DNA of 59,066 bases from assembly GCA_009776805.1 (NCBI GenBank), contig WRNB01000002.1, forward strand, positions 1 to 59,066. Direction: 5' to 3'. Positions 44,236-55,427 of the stretch are shown piece after piece. This DNA is from Candidatus Bathycorpusculum grumuli. GTDB lineage: Archaea > Thermoproteota > Bathyarchaeia > Bathyarchaeales > Bathycorpusculaceae. Each line of letters begins with the position of its first letter. The stretch's first letter is position 1. A program made the translations under genes and the position numbers. The notes below the pieces were generated by a model that did no database searches, had not been told where the DNA came from, and saw only the letters and a program-made list of their open reading frames with translations.

Positions 44236-45525
44236 TTATTCATGCCGTAGAGCATCCACTGGTTTAAGTTTAGAAGCACTCCAAGCAGGATATAATGCAA
44301 ATACTACAGTTACACCTATACCAAAAATTAAAGCAACAAATACAACTGTAGGCGTTAACAAGGGTTTAATAGCAAAACCACCACTATTTCCAGTAAGAAG
44401 CCCAGAACTAAGCACCCAAGACACACCATGAGCTAAAACCCAACCACCGATTATACCAATAATTGAACCAATTAAACCAATAATTACTGCCTCACCAAGA
44501 AATATCAAAAGCACCGTTCGACTTTTCATACCTAATGCTTTAAGAATACCAATTTCACGTGTACGCTCAATCAACGAAACAATCATAATATTCATGATGC
44601 TAACACCTGCAACCAACAGAGAAATTGCTGCAATACCACCTAGGAAAAGTTCTATAGTACTAATAATGCTTGCCACCACAGATTGTACAGCATCAGCAGA
44701 AATTACAAGCACCTGATTTTCAAAATGCTCACGAATCAAACTAGAAACACTATCAATTGTAGCCTTATCAGTATTTGTTAAAGTTACAATTATCATATCA
44801 CAAGCATCAGTTCCAAAGAAACTCTCAGCAGACGATAACGGAATATACACACCAGTATCAGAAGGACCACCCATACCAAACCCACCAACAGTATCTAAAA
44901 CACCACTAACTTGCACTGTACAATTTTCATTTACAGTTGGAAATGATGTAGCATTAAGCCAAAGCAAATTTATCTCATCACCAGGAACAATAAATCGTGT
45001 TCCATTTTGTCTAGGATCACTTACCCTACTACCAATTATAACAGTATCATTTTTTGGGTTTAACGGAATTGTTCCAGACTCAGCAACAAAAGTTCCATAA
45101 ATCTCTGCATAAGTCGCGTAATCAACGCCATAAATAGTTACACTACGATTCAAACTATCTGATTCAACATAACCAAACTTTTGCATTACAGCAACAGCAC
45201 CCGTTATGTTAGGAGACAAACTCACTATTTGTGAAGTATAATTATTATATAAACTAAAACCAGAACTATCTGAACTACTACCAATACCTATACTAAAACC
45301 AGAATCACCACCTTGACCACTACTTCCAGGCATAACAATTAAAGAATTAGCCGACAAACCCTGATTTAAATCATCAGTAATTGTTGCTTGTAACCCCTGA
45401 GTAACAGACAACAAAGCAACTATAGCGGTAATACCAATAGCAACACCAAGAATAGTTAAAGCAGAACGAAACTTGCGAAGTTTTATCGCACTAAAAGAAT
45501 AACTTAAAACATTAACCGCCCGCAT
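44236..45525 (-). CDS. MacB/FtsX-type ABC permease
   Basis: RSALTILGVAIG, large extracytoplasmic domain, GGIAAISLLVAGVSIMNIM, ERTREIGILKALG, ASKLKPVDALRHE. Confidence 0.92.
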   Translation of the reverse strand: MRAVNVLSYSFSAIKLRKFRSALTILGVAIGITAIVALLSVTQGLQATITDDLNQGLSANSLIVMPGSSGQGGDSGFSIGIGSSSDSSGFSLYNNYTSQIVSLSPNITGAVAVMQKFGYVESDSLNRSVTIYGVDYATYAEIYGTFVAESGTIPLNPKNDTVIIGSRVSDPRQNGTRFIVPGDEINLLWLNATSFPTVNENCTVQVSGVLDTVGGFGMGGPSDTGVYIPLSSAESFFGTDACDMIIVTLTNTDKATIDSVSSLIREHFENQVLVISADAVQSVVASIISTIELFLGGIAAISLLVAGVSIMNIMIVSLIERTREIGILKALGMKSRTVLLIFLGEAVIIGLIGSIIGIIGGWVLAHGVSWVLSSGLLTGNSGGFAIKPLLTPTVVFVALIFGIGVTVVFALYPAWSASKLKPVDALRHE

Positions 45526-45526
45526 A

Positions 45527-46210
45527 TTAATTCACCACATCCGATTGTATTTTACCATCAAACATATTTATCGTTCTTTTTGCAAGACCGGCTAATTTTT
45601 GATCATGAGTCACCATAATAATACTTACACCATTTTCCTTGTTAAGTTTATAAATCAAAGCCATTATCTCATTTGCAGTTTTAGAATCAACATTACCAGT
45701 AGGCTCATCAAGTAGTAAAAATTTGGGATTATTTGCCAAAGCCCTAGCAATAGCAACACGCTGCTGCTGCCCACCACTAAGTTCAGCAGGTTTATGACCC
45801 ATACGCTCCTTCAAACCAACAATAGTAAGTAATTTTACCGCACGCCTACTACACCTAGACGCATCCATGTCAGCTATAGACATTGCTAATTCAACATTTG
45901 CCTTCGCAGATAAACGAGGAATTAAATTAAAAGATTGAAAAACAAAACCAATTTTTAAACGCAACACAGAAAGACGCGCATCATTTAATTTACTGACATT
46001 TACACCATCAATACGCATAACGCCCGAAGTTGGCTTATCAAGTGCACCAATAAGATTAAGCAAAGTAGACTTACCACTACCAGATGGACCAAGAATAGCA
46101 ATAAAATCTCCAGCATTCACCCTAAAAGAGACACCACGAAGGGCCTCAACTGGAACTTTACCCATCATGTAAGTTTTTCTAAGATCTACTGCCTCAATAA
46201 TCGCTGTCAT
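45527..46210 (-). CDS. LolD/MacB-type ABC ATP-binding protein
   Basis: GPSGSGKST, IGFVFQSFNL, LSGGQQQR, LLDEPTGNVD, VTHD. Confidence 0.93.
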   Translation of the reverse strand: MTAIIEAVDLRKTYMMGKVPVEALRGVSFRVNAGDFIAILGPSGSGKSTLLNLIGALDKPTSGVMRIDGVNVSKLNDARLSVLRLKIGFVFQSFNLIPRLSAKANVELAMSIADMDASRCSRRAVKLLTIVGLKERMGHKPAELSGGQQQRVAIARALANNPKFLLLDEPTGNVDSKTANEIMALIYKLNKENGVSIIMVTHDQKLAGLAKRTINMFDGKIQSDVVN

Positions 46211-46590
46211 TTTATATCACCTTAATTCACATTATACAACTCGTAAAACAAATTAGTTAAATATAAACTGTATCTAAAATAAGTATACACCATAGGTGTA
46301 ATCAAACTTTCAAAAAAATATCAAATAACAAACAGCCTTTAACCTTTAATTATGTACTTTTTCAAAGTTTCCATACCCAACGTTCGTGTACCTCGCTCTC
46401 AACATCGCGTTTACTCTTTTTGTCAAACTATAGAAATTTTTTAATAACTGAAGGTTTTCCGTCAAAACGTGTGGGCAAACGAAAACTTTATCAAAAAACG
46501 CTATTTTACTCAATTAGATGAATAACTTAAAAATTACACTCATAAAATTTATAAGCAAAACTTGGCCATTCCACTAAATAAACAACAGAA

Positions 46591-47268
46591 CTATCTTACA
46601 ACTGTTCCAACACGTTTACCATCAACAGCTAAAAGCAAATTTTCAGGCTTAAACCCATTAAAAACAACCAACTTTACACAATTACGCTTCAAAACATCAA
46701 CAGCCACCGCATCAATTACCTGATGAATCCCAACTTTATGCACACTACACTCAAGTACCCGCGTCAAATCATCAAAAAATAATTCATCCAATTTTACAGC
46801 ATCAGGAAACTTACGCGGATCTTTATTATAAACACCTTCCTGATCAGTTCCCTTAACCAACAACCCAGCACCTAACCGTTCAGCCACCAATGCACCCACA
46901 GCATCAGTAGTATGACCAGGCTTTAAACCACCCATAACAACAATTTTCCCCTGTAAAAAACATTCAACCGCCTCATCAAGCGAAGTAACAACTTTACCCC
47001 ATCCAAGATCCCCAAGCTTTTCCATAAACAATTGCGCATACAAACGAGAAACAGATATCGCAATACGATCCTGAGCATCAGACTCAAGACCCAAAAATTT
47101 AGCAATACCTATAAAATCACGTGCAAGAGCCCCACCACCCAAAACAACAGCAACTTCATGACCCTGCAACTTTACCTGTTTAATTAAATCAACATATTTA
47201 CTCATCAAATCAGTATTAACAGGTGAAGCTACAACTGAACCTCCAATGCGAACAACCACACGAACCAT
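46591..47268 (-). CDS. pyrH: Uridylate kinase (archaeal type)
   Basis: RIGGSV, LGGGALAR, GGLKPGHTTDAV, TDQEGVYNKDP. Confidence 0.94.
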   Translation of the reverse strand: MVRVVVRIGGSVVASPVNTDLMSKYVDLIKQVKLQGHEVAVVLGGGALARDFIGIAKFLGLESDAQDRIAISVSRLYAQLFMEKLGDLGWGKVVTSLDEAVECFLQGKIVVMGGLKPGHTTDAVGALVAERLGAGLLVKGTDQEGVYNKDPRKFPDAVKLDELFFDDLTRVLECSVHKVGIHQVIDAVAVDVLKRNCVKLVVFNGFKPENLLLAVDGKRVGTVVR

Positions 47269-47380
47269 ATTGTCATCCCTTACTTTAATAAATACAACCC
47301 TTAATTAAACAGTTGCTCTACAAACTGACAAACATTATTATTGTAAAAAATATTATTAAACATGCACGGCAGGAAAATAC

Positions 47381-48301
47381 ATGAGTCAAAAAACAACTAT
47401 GATAATGAAACCTAGAGCACCTTTTGATTTAGTTTCAAGTTCACTTGTTTTTACTGCTGGAGACAGAAGAGTTCGCAGTTTTCAAAAGGGAGTTTTTACG
47501 CAGGTTATAAATGTTAATGGCGTGTTTGTTTGGGTGCAACTGTCTTCAAAGGGTCAAGTTAACAAACCAAAATTAATGCTTGAATTATTTGCAGAGGAAT
47601 ATCTTTCAAAAGAGAAAATTCAGCAGGTTAAAAATGTAGTGTGTCGCATTTTTAGTTTAAACAAGTCATTAAATTCGTTTTATAGTTATGTGCAAGAAGA
47701 TCCGATTATGTCGCAGATAACGCAAAAGTTATGTGGTTTCAAGTTTCCTACAACACCGACTGTTTTTGAGGCACTTGTTGATGCTATCGTTGAGCAGCAA
47801 ATTTCTATTAAAGTTGCTCGTAGTATTGAAGATCGATTGGCAATTATGTTTGGTGAGTCGGTTAATGTTGGTAGGGAAGTGTTTTTTGCGTTTCCGTCAG
47901 CTATTGATTTAGCTGATGCTGGTGTGGAAAAGATTAGACAAGCAGGGTTGAGTGCTCGTAAAGCTAGTTATATTCATGGGGTAGCTGAGCTTATTGCTGA
48001 TAGGAGTTTGGATTTGAATTGGTTAAAAGACAAGGATAGTGGGGTGGCTATTGGTGTGTTGGATGAGATTCGGGGTGTAGGTGTTTGGACGGCAGAGTTG
48101 ACGTTGCTTAGAGGTATGGGTTGGTTTGATATTTTGCCAGCGGATGATTTTGGTATAAGGCGGGCGATTTCTAGGTATTATTGTGGTGGTAAGTTGATTA
48201 ATGCTGTTGAGGCTCGTCAGATTGCGGAGAAGTGGGGTAGTTGGAAGGGGTTGGCAGCGTTTTATTTGCTTGCTGCTGAAGCTCAGGGTGTGTTGTTGTA
48301 G
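47381..48301 (+). CDS. alkA: DNA-3-methyladenine glycosylase AlkA family
   Basis: FEALVDAIVEQQIS, FPS, GLSARKASYI, HhH motif IRGVGVWTAE, PADDFG, WGSWKG. Confidence 0.9.
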   Translation: MSQKTTMIMKPRAPFDLVSSSLVFTAGDRRVRSFQKGVFTQVINVNGVFVWVQLSSKGQVNKPKLMLELFAEEYLSKEKIQQVKNVVCRIFSLNKSLNSFYSYVQEDPIMSQITQKLCGFKFPTTPTVFEALVDAIVEQQISIKVARSIEDRLAIMFGESVNVGREVFFAFPSAIDLADAGVEKIRQAGLSARKASYIHGVAELIADRSLDLNWLKDKDSGVAIGVLDEIRGVGVWTAELTLLRGMGWFDILPADDFGIRRAISRYYCGGKLINAVEARQIAEKWGSWKGLAAFYLLAAEAQGVLL

Positions 48302-48306
48302 GTTTT

Positions 48307-49158
48307 TTATCGAATTAAGCGTTTTTTCATTAGATTGATGCTTATTATGAAAAAAATTATTGCAATAATTATTATCCAGATTATGGCTAAAGGTATTAGT
48401 GTTTGTGTGGTTAATCCGAAAATGGTTTCTGTTGCGCCTGTTATTGCTCCGCGGGTGAGGTTTACTATATGAGTTAAAGGTAGAGTTACAAGGGCAATGC
48501 CTTGAGCAGGTTGGGGTAAGGTTGATATGGGAAAAAATGTTCCGCTTAAAAATAGCATTGGAGTTATGAATAGGAAGAATGGGTAGTTAAAGAAGTCGAT
48601 GTATGGTGCGATTGCGGTAAAGCACAGGGCAATGCTTGCTATCATTAGACCTCCAAAAAACATGATTAAAGGTATTAATATGAAAGTATAAGTTGTGAAT
48701 ATGGGTTGATTGATGAAGAGGCTAGATATTCCAACTACAATAAGTACTATGGTACTGTTTATGGTGCCTCTGGTGGCACCCCAAAGTATTTCTCCTGCGG
48801 CGACTTCTTCAATGCTTATTGGAGTTGCTACTTGGGCGTCAAAAGTTTTTTGGTAATACATTCGTACAAATGTGCTATACGTGCATTCAAAAAATACGCC
48901 GTTTAGTAATGAGATTGCTACAAGTGCTGGTGCGATAAAATTGATGTAAGGTAGCCCGTTAATTTCAGGAATAAAACCGCCTAAACCAAAACCAAATGCG
49001 ATAAGATATATAATGGGTTCAAGCATGGAGGGCAAAAAGTTTACGCTAAGAGTTTTTGTAAATACGTCAGCGTTTCTACGCCAAATTTTCCACACGTTGG
49101 ACGTGATTTTTGGGATGCTAAATTTTGCAGGTGAACCGCGCAGATTTACTTCAGTCAT
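48307..49158 (-). CDS. ABC-2 permease (NodJ-like)
   Basis: YINFIAPAL, RMYYQKTFDAQVATP, GEILWG, PMLFLSGTFFP. Confidence 0.9.
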   Translation of the reverse strand: MTEVNLRGSPAKFSIPKITSNVWKIWRRNADVFTKTLSVNFLPSMLEPIIYLIAFGFGLGGFIPEINGLPYINFIAPALVAISLLNGVFFECTYSTFVRMYYQKTFDAQVATPISIEEVAAGEILWGATRGTINSTIVLIVVGISSLFINQPIFTTYTFILIPLIMFFGGLMIASIALCFTAIAPYIDFFNYPFFLFITPMLFLSGTFFPISTLPQPAQGIALVTLPLTHIVNLTRGAITGATETIFGLTTQTLIPLAIIWIIIIAIIFFIISINLMKKRLIR

Positions 49159-50101
49159 TTTCTCTAAGTGCTCTCCCAGTTAGTTTTAAAAATACATCTT
49201 CAAGATTTGCTTTACGAATTGTAACATTGGGTAGTTTATGTTCATGTAGAAAACCGTCAAAAATATCATATGGTTTAGAGGTGAAAATTTGTATACGCTC
49301 ATCAATTACTTCAATATGTGCATCAGGAAAAGTCTGTTTAAGAATAGGAATTAAAACTTTGTCATAATCAATTTCTAGCACGTTTTCGCCTATGTGTTTT
49401 TTAATTAATTCTTTAGGTTTACCGTCTTCAATTATTTTACCGTGATCAATAATTATAATTCTGTCACAAAGAATTTCAGCTTCATCCATATAATGTGTAG
49501 TTAAAATTACAGTTACCTGTAATTTTTTAAGTTGTCGTACAGCATTCCAAACCAGATGTCGTGCTTGAGGATCCAAACCTGTAGTTGGCTCATCTAGTAA
49601 TAAAACCTGAGGCTCATGTAAAAGAGCTCGAGCAAAAATAAGGCGTCGCTTCATACCTGTTGATAAAGCTTCAATGTGCATGTTTCGTTTCTCTTCAAGC
49701 TGGAAAAATTTGAGTTGTTCCTCAGCTCGCCTCAAAGCTTCAACTTTAGGAATATCAAAATAACGAGCATACACAACAAGATTATTCACAACCGAAAAAT
49801 CAATATCTAAATTATCTTCCTGAGGTGCAACACCAACAACACGTTTAATTTCCCTAGCTTTATCATAAACACTTAATCCTGCAACAGTCAAATCACCAGA
49901 AGAAGGTGGTAAAAAACAATATATCATGCGTACTGTTGTAGTTTTACCAGCACCATTAGGACCAAGAAAACCTACACATTCTCCACGGTAAACTTCAAAA
50001 TCAATTCCATCAACGGCGACAAAACTACCATATCGTTTAGTCAATGCTACAGCCTTTATCAACACATCACGAGATTTACTGGAGAAAATAATCCACTCCA
50101 C
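49151..50101 (-). CDS. ABC ATP-binding protein (NodI-like)
   Basis: GPNGAGKTTT, PQEDNLD, LSTGMKRR, LDEPTTGLDPQARH, TTHYMDEAE. True start may be slightly downstream. Confidence 0.9.
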   Translation of the reverse strand: MEWIIFSSKSRDVLIKAVALTKRYGSFVAVDGIDFEVYRGECVGFLGPNGAGKTTTVRMIYCFLPPSSGDLTVAGLSVYDKAREIKRVVGVAPQEDNLDIDFSVVNNLVVYARYFDIPKVEALRRAEEQLKFFQLEEKRNMHIEALSTGMKRRLIFARALLHEPQVLLLDEPTTGLDPQARHLVWNAVRQLKKLQVTVILTTHYMDEAEILCDRIIIIDHGKIIEDGKPKELIKKHIGENVLEIDYDKVLIPILKQTFPDAHIEVIDERIQIFTSKPYDIFDGFLHEHKLPNVTIRKANLEDVFLKLTGRALREND

Positions 50102-50273
50102 AATTAATCAAACACAAAAAAACATTTAAATCAATCTCTAACAAATCATAAAACTGTTAATAGAAAAAAGTTTTTATTTACTTAACAATTATACATACAA
50201 AAAATAGATGTTTGCCTGTGTTATGTGTGAGGCACAGGTTTAAATTTTTGATTAGTTAGGAAAATGTGGGTAA

Positions 50274-53200
50274 TTAGTTAGAGGTTTGAACCTCTTTTTG
50301 ACTGTTTGTATCTTTTTTGTGTTTGAATGCCAAAGTTATGGTTATGAGTTCTATTATGAAAATAATAGCGTTTATAATTGTCCATTTATCCACCAGTGTC
50401 ATTGTGAGATTTGTGTTTTCGGTGAGGAAAAATAGAATAATTCCTGCAATACTTAAAGCAAATGATGTGAGGAGCCAAATGTTTACGCGTTGTTTTTGTG
50501 TCTTTTGATTTTGTTTTGTCTCTGTGGTATACGGATTTTTAGGGTTTTTTTGTTCAATTTGTGTTTTATTTTGTTTTTGTTTGTGCTGTAATAACACACA
50601 AATAAATACTATGATTACCAATATAATGCCAATTACACTTATTATTAGATTCAAAAGAGCCCACATAGGCAATGATTCATCATCGTTATCAGATGGAGTA
50701 GGCGAGTTTGGAGGCGTTGTACTTGGTGGTGGAGTTGTAGTTGTGGGTGGTTGTGATGTTGAAGGTTTTGTTGTAGTTGTGGGTGGTTGTGATGTTGTGC
50801 CGCCATTGTTTTCGTCTTCACCACCAGATTCAGTGCCTGAATCGCCATTTTTTGTGTATTGTGCTGTAACAATCAAGTCAGAAACTACATTATTAAAGGC
50901 TGTATCCCAACCAGAGAAGGTATAGCCTTCTCGAGTAGGATCTGTTGGTGTAGTAGCAGCAGCACCATAACACACTAATTCTGTTTTCAAAATTTCGCCA
51001 TTCCAGTCAACGAACTGCACGGTAAACATTAGGATACGCCAATTAGCAGATAACAAAATATCACCTGTAGAACCAACTGGTATGCTGTAAGAGCTGGCAA
51101 ATGATTCAACTATACCATTAACGTACGTTACATTCCAACCTAAAAATTTAAATCCAATTTTGTTCGGGTCTATTATTTCAATTGGGAATTTACTCTTAGC
51201 TGAATACACTGTTGGATTACCAACTGCGTTAATGCCTCCATTTAATTCATAGTTGATATTATATGAAGTAGTATCCCAAAGTGCAACTAAAGTAACATCT
51301 CCCACAGTACCAACAGGAAGTATATTTGCTGATAATCTATTTGCTGAACCGTTAGCATAAAATACTATCCACTCAAAGAAAATATAACCTGTTTTGTGGG
51401 GTATGTTAATTTTTAGAGGAAGATCCGTTACAATATATGAAGAAGGATTACTAGGATCATTAACGCCACCATCCAATACATATGTAATGGTGTATTTAAG
51501 GGCTATCCAGTTTGCTGTAACAGTAACATCACAGGCAGGCATGACAAAAAATGTGTCAGCGTTTGTGGTGTCATCAAATATAACCGTTGTAACATTGACT
51601 GTCCAACCAGAAAAAACATAACCGTCACGGTTGCCTGCGTGAATAGTAACGGTGTCACCTTCAGTATAAGTACCTGCTCCAGATAGTTCGTTTGCAAAAC
51701 TATTATTAACAGTTACAGTATATTCGTAGAAATTATCTCGCGTATTAACAAAGACTGCTTCAGATTGTATATCAGATATTGTACCACTTTCGCCTGTAAA
51801 AGTTGTTGTATAACCGTTCTGGTTTGATTCATGTTCAACAACCGTGTAAGTTACTCCTTGAATTATATCTGAGATAAGTATAGTTTCGTTACCTTTTAAG
51901 GTGATTACACTTCCACTTGCAATACCACTATAAGTACCTCCATCACTAAATGTTACTGTAAAGTGAAAATCAGCTGTTTCATCCACTGTATCACCCAAAA
52001 GAATTTTGCTTATGTGTAGATTTCCTTTAAGCATAATCATTTCAGTTTTTGCTTCATTACCATAAATCATATAACCATTGTTTTGTCCAACAATCTCAAG
52101 ATTTCCCACAAGTTTTAGAAATTCGCCATCTTCAAAGTCTACAGCATTCATAATACAATCAAACGCAAATTTTGACTCCAAATTTATTGCACTAGTCCAA
52201 TCATCTTTCAGTTTAAGAACCACAATAAATTCGCCAGTATTAGAATCCCAAACAGCATCATCCGTTACCACAAAAAGTTCACTCTCAATAGTTAAGCTAT
52301 AGATATCAGGTATAGTACGGTAATCAGGTCGGATAGTAAAGATAAAATCTGTATTTTCATTACTACACCCATCTGTTAATAGTTCAGCATGTAGACCTTG
52401 AGGCATATCATATGAAGCAGTATAGCCAATAGTGTAGTCTTCTGCAGTTATTTCATACAACAGCATCTCAGGCCCTTCAAAGTTAATTACACCATACATA
52501 GTTGCAGGTTGAACTAGTGCAATAGTTGCACCACTTGAATATGCATCAAGGGGAACAGAAACAACAATTCGATTTATATTTCCTACTTGAACAATTGATG
52601 TTGGATAAATCTTGAGAGGAATACTACTATCCACAGTTCCAGCAGCTGTTGTTGCTTGCACCGCAACAAAATACACACCAAGTGTACGGTTATAATTGTT
52701 AGGTGCCGTACCTGTTGTTGGTGCTGGCACCGAAAAAATCATTGTACCAGTTTTTTGCATCCAAAAACCAATAACCGAACTATCAGCAGTAGGCATAGTC
52801 CAACCCTGAGGCAGTGATGACCGTATAGTTGAATATGTAGCAGCATTTGGATTACCAATTTTGAAATTTGACCCAACAAAATATACGTTACGATTTGCAA
52901 CACTGAGAAAACCAGTTCCAATTAACACGTCTTCATTAATGAAAACATGACGCTGCGAGTTGGTACCATAAATATTTGTATTTTGCACAGTTACACCAGA
53001 GACACTACCAGCATTTAAAATAAGTCGTCCATCTGTTTGAGGTGAATCTGACATAAGATATACCGCACTAGCTCCGTTATTAATAACGCCACCATTCATT
53101 TCAAAATAGGCGTTATTTCTGTTCACAACAATACCTGACCCTGTTGGAGCACTATTTCCAGAAATGAGACCACCATTCATTATTAATTTTGAGTTACCCT

Positions 53201-54584
53201 GCTGAAGGTTAGCAGCACCACCATAAGCGGAGCTAACTATTGTATTGTTGCAAATTTCACTGCCATCTTCCAAATATATTGTTCCACCACCTACAACATA
53301 CAGTCCACCGCCATTAGTTCCAGCGGCAAGACCAATACCTAAAAAGTAGCGGGTGCCTGCACGGCCATTATTATTATTTATTTTGCCATATATTTCTACA
53401 AAAACGTTTGAGCCGCGATTAATACTTACAGTTCCACATTTCACGTCGTTGTCATGAATGTGTGCATTTGGACCAATAATTGCAGAACCAGACACGCCTG
53501 TCACTGGATTAAGGGTTGTTCCTCCGTTGAAGAAAACAGCATTTTTAAAACTTCGGCCCTCATGGTTAGCCCCCTGATTTCCATCAGTAGCATCCATACC
53601 TTTACTGCCTTTCATGTAAGCAATTTCGCCATCAATAAAACACTTATAGCTGCCACTTAATTTAACACTATGGGCATTAGCAATATTTGTGATTTGTGAG
53701 CCTTCATTCATATAGAAATGTGCATTGCCAATGCTAATAGCGGCTTCTCCATTAGCTCTATAATCCGTATTTGTTGTACTAATTGCGCGAGTATTTTCGG
53801 TAGAGTTGATATCGGTAATTAGACTACCGTCTTGCATTATCAGAGTTGCGCCATCTGTAAGATGAATTGCTGACATGCCACCAAAATTATGCAGTTCAGC
53901 ACCTTTCGCTAAAATGATAGTTGCGCAATTGGCATAAGAAGCAACTATGGCATCTTGGACATAATTTAAACCGGAATCAGAAGGGTTATATGGAGTTGGC
54001 GCATATCGGAATTTTGCATCTATTGCACCTCCATGAAGGTATGCGTCATCAAATATTATGTTTTTTAGAGTTAATGAGAGTTTTGGTGCAAATTCGGTTA
54101 GATTTCCACTACCTAGTTCTATCATTGCAGGATTGTACCAACTACGTACGTTATCGGATAAAGCATCAAATTCTGTGCCACGAGTAACGGTGAGAGGTGT
54201 ATCGTTTAAACTTGTAATGGTGATGTTATTGTCATAATAACGAGCACAACCTGTTGAGGTTAAGTCGGTCATGACATTGATTAGATAATTGCCACTTATG
54301 CCGTTGTTATTTATCACTGTGGCGGTTTTGGAAAGTGTTGCAAAAGGGTAATTTTCTGATAACCCATTGTTTGTATCATCGCCATTTGCGGATACATAAT
54401 ATGTTTGATCGTATACAATGTCCTCTTGGGGAGGGGCATTTACGTTATTGTTTTGTTGGGTGATGTAAATTGTTGTGCATATTAGCAGTGTAATGAGTAA
54501 TATGTGGAGTAGTGTTGATGTGTAGTGTTTGGTTTTTTGTTTGTTTTTTGTTGTTTTGTTAATTTTTTTTATTAATTGTTTCAT
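50274..54584 (-). CDS. Large cell-surface adhesin-like protein
   Basis: N-terminal TM/signal; YYVSANGDD and Gly/Asn-rich beta-helix-like region; LHISKILLG T-Q/pilin-like domain; several InlB-B/Flg_new-like repeats (YTITYVLDGG, PTREGYTFSGW); Pro/Thr linker; C-terminal TM helices. Confidence 0.85.
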   Translation of the reverse strand: MKQLIKKINKTTKNKQKTKHYTSTLLHILLITLLICTTIYITQQNNNVNAPPQEDIVYDQTYYVSANGDDTNNGLSENYPFATLSKTATVINNNGISGNYLINVMTDLTSTGCARYYDNNITITSLNDTPLTVTRGTEFDALSDNVRSWYNPAMIELGSGNLTEFAPKLSLTLKNIIFDDAYLHGGAIDAKFRYAPTPYNPSDSGLNYVQDAIVASYANCATIILAKGAELHNFGGMSAIHLTDGATLIMQDGSLITDINSTENTRAISTTNTDYRANGEAAISIGNAHFYMNEGSQITNIANAHSVKLSGSYKCFIDGEIAYMKGSKGMDATDGNQGANHEGRSFKNAVFFNGGTTLNPVTGVSGSAIIGPNAHIHDNDVKCGTVSINRGSNVFVEIYGKINNNNGRAGTRYFLGIGLAAGTNGGGLYVVGGGTIYLEDGSEICNNTIVSSAYGGAANLQQGNSKLIMNGGLISGNSAPTGSGIVVNRNNAYFEMNGGVINNGASAVYLMSDSPQTDGRLILNAGSVSGVTVQNTNIYGTNSQRHVFINEDVLIGTGFLSVANRNVYFVGSNFKIGNPNAATYSTIRSSLPQGWTMPTADSSVIGFWMQKTGTMIFSVPAPTTGTAPNNYNRTLGVYFVAVQATTAAGTVDSSIPLKIYPTSIVQVGNINRIVVSVPLDAYSSGATIALVQPATMYGVINFEGPEMLLYEITAEDYTIGYTASYDMPQGLHAELLTDGCSNENTDFIFTIRPDYRTIPDIYSLTIESELFVVTDDAVWDSNTGEFIVVLKLKDDWTSAINLESKFAFDCIMNAVDFEDGEFLKLVGNLEIVGQNNGYMIYGNEAKTEMIMLKGNLHISKILLGDTVDETADFHFTVTFSDGGTYSGIASGSVITLKGNETILISDIIQGVTYTVVEHESNQNGYTTTFTGESGTISDIQSEAVFVNTRDNFYEYTVTVNNSFANELSGAGTYTEGDTVTIHAGNRDGYVFSGWTVNVTTVIFDDTTNADTFFVMPACDVTVTANWIALKYTITYVLDGGVNDPSNPSSYIVTDLPLKINIPHKTGYIFFEWIVFYANGSANRLSANILPVGTVGDVTLVALWDTTSYNINYELNGGINAVGNPTVYSAKSKFPIEIIDPNKIGFKFLGWNVTYVNGIVESFASSYSIPVGSTGDILLSANWRILMFTVQFVDWNGEILKTELVCYGAAATTPTDPTREGYTFSGWDTAFNNVVSDLIVTAQYTKNGDSGTESGGEDENNGGTTSQPPTTTTKPSTSQPPTTTTPPPSTTPPNSPTPSDNDDESLPMWALLNLIISVIGIILVIIVFICVLLQHKQKQNKTQIEQKNPKNPYTTETKQNQKTQKQRVNIWLLTSFALSIAGIILFFLTENTNLTMTLVDKWTIINAIIFIIELITITLAFKHKKDTNSQKEVQTSN
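50734..50797. repeat. Two identical 28-bp repeats with a 36-bp period in the Pro/Thr linker
   Basis: gttgtagttgtgggtggttgtgatgttg at 50734-50761 and 50770-50797 (TSQPPTTT twice). Confidence 0.9.
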
Positions 54585-55427
54585 AATATTTTCGCCTCTT
54601 TAATAATATTTGTTAGTATATCGGTTGTAATTATTTATGCTTATTAAACATATCGCATAAATCAAGAATCAACAATCAATAAATATTCGTTAAATCAAAA
54701 ACAACCACCTCACCCACACAAACAACCCAACACACAATAAACACACAAAAAAATTCAAAACAATTTTAACTAAAAAACAAACACACCCATTCACAATCAC
54801 ATCAAACATATTAAAAAAATTTATGACAACTAAAAATACAAAACTTTCTAAAAAATAACACAAACAACAACACAACACCATATTTATAATTAATAACTTG
54901 TTTTTCCCCATCTCTAAGTTCATACATAAACCATCTAACACCAAAAAAAACCACCCAAACACGAAACAAAAACAAAAACCACAACAAACTTCGACACCAC
55001 CACCAACCACTTTAAACAAACACACAAATCATCTACCACACAACAAATTAAAAACCACTTTAAAAACACCAACAATTATTCCCACCCACCACAAAACTCA
55101 AAAAACACACGACCACACCAATTCACGTTTAACATCACATCCACTACACCACCCAAATCTAATACAAAACAACAAAATTCTCACCCAACATTATTAAAAC
55201 ACCACCAAAAAACCTTACAAACAAAGTCAAATTTAGCAGAAAAAATACACAAAAAAATAAACACAAACATATACCACTACACACCTTGACAAAACAATTG
55301 ACAAGAAAAACAATTATCTCTTCAAACACACAAAACACAGTCAAACTACATATCAACACGAAAAATATTCAAACGACCACTAACAACATAAACCAATAAC
55401 AAACACTACCAAAAAAAACCTCCACCC

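Noticed and set aside
46320-46500. Short open frame between the LolD-type ATPase and pyrH
   Set aside because: No convincing start, RBS or family similarity.
54690-55359. Three overlapping short ORFs
   Set aside because: Low-complexity translations of the G-free tract; composition is not protein-like.
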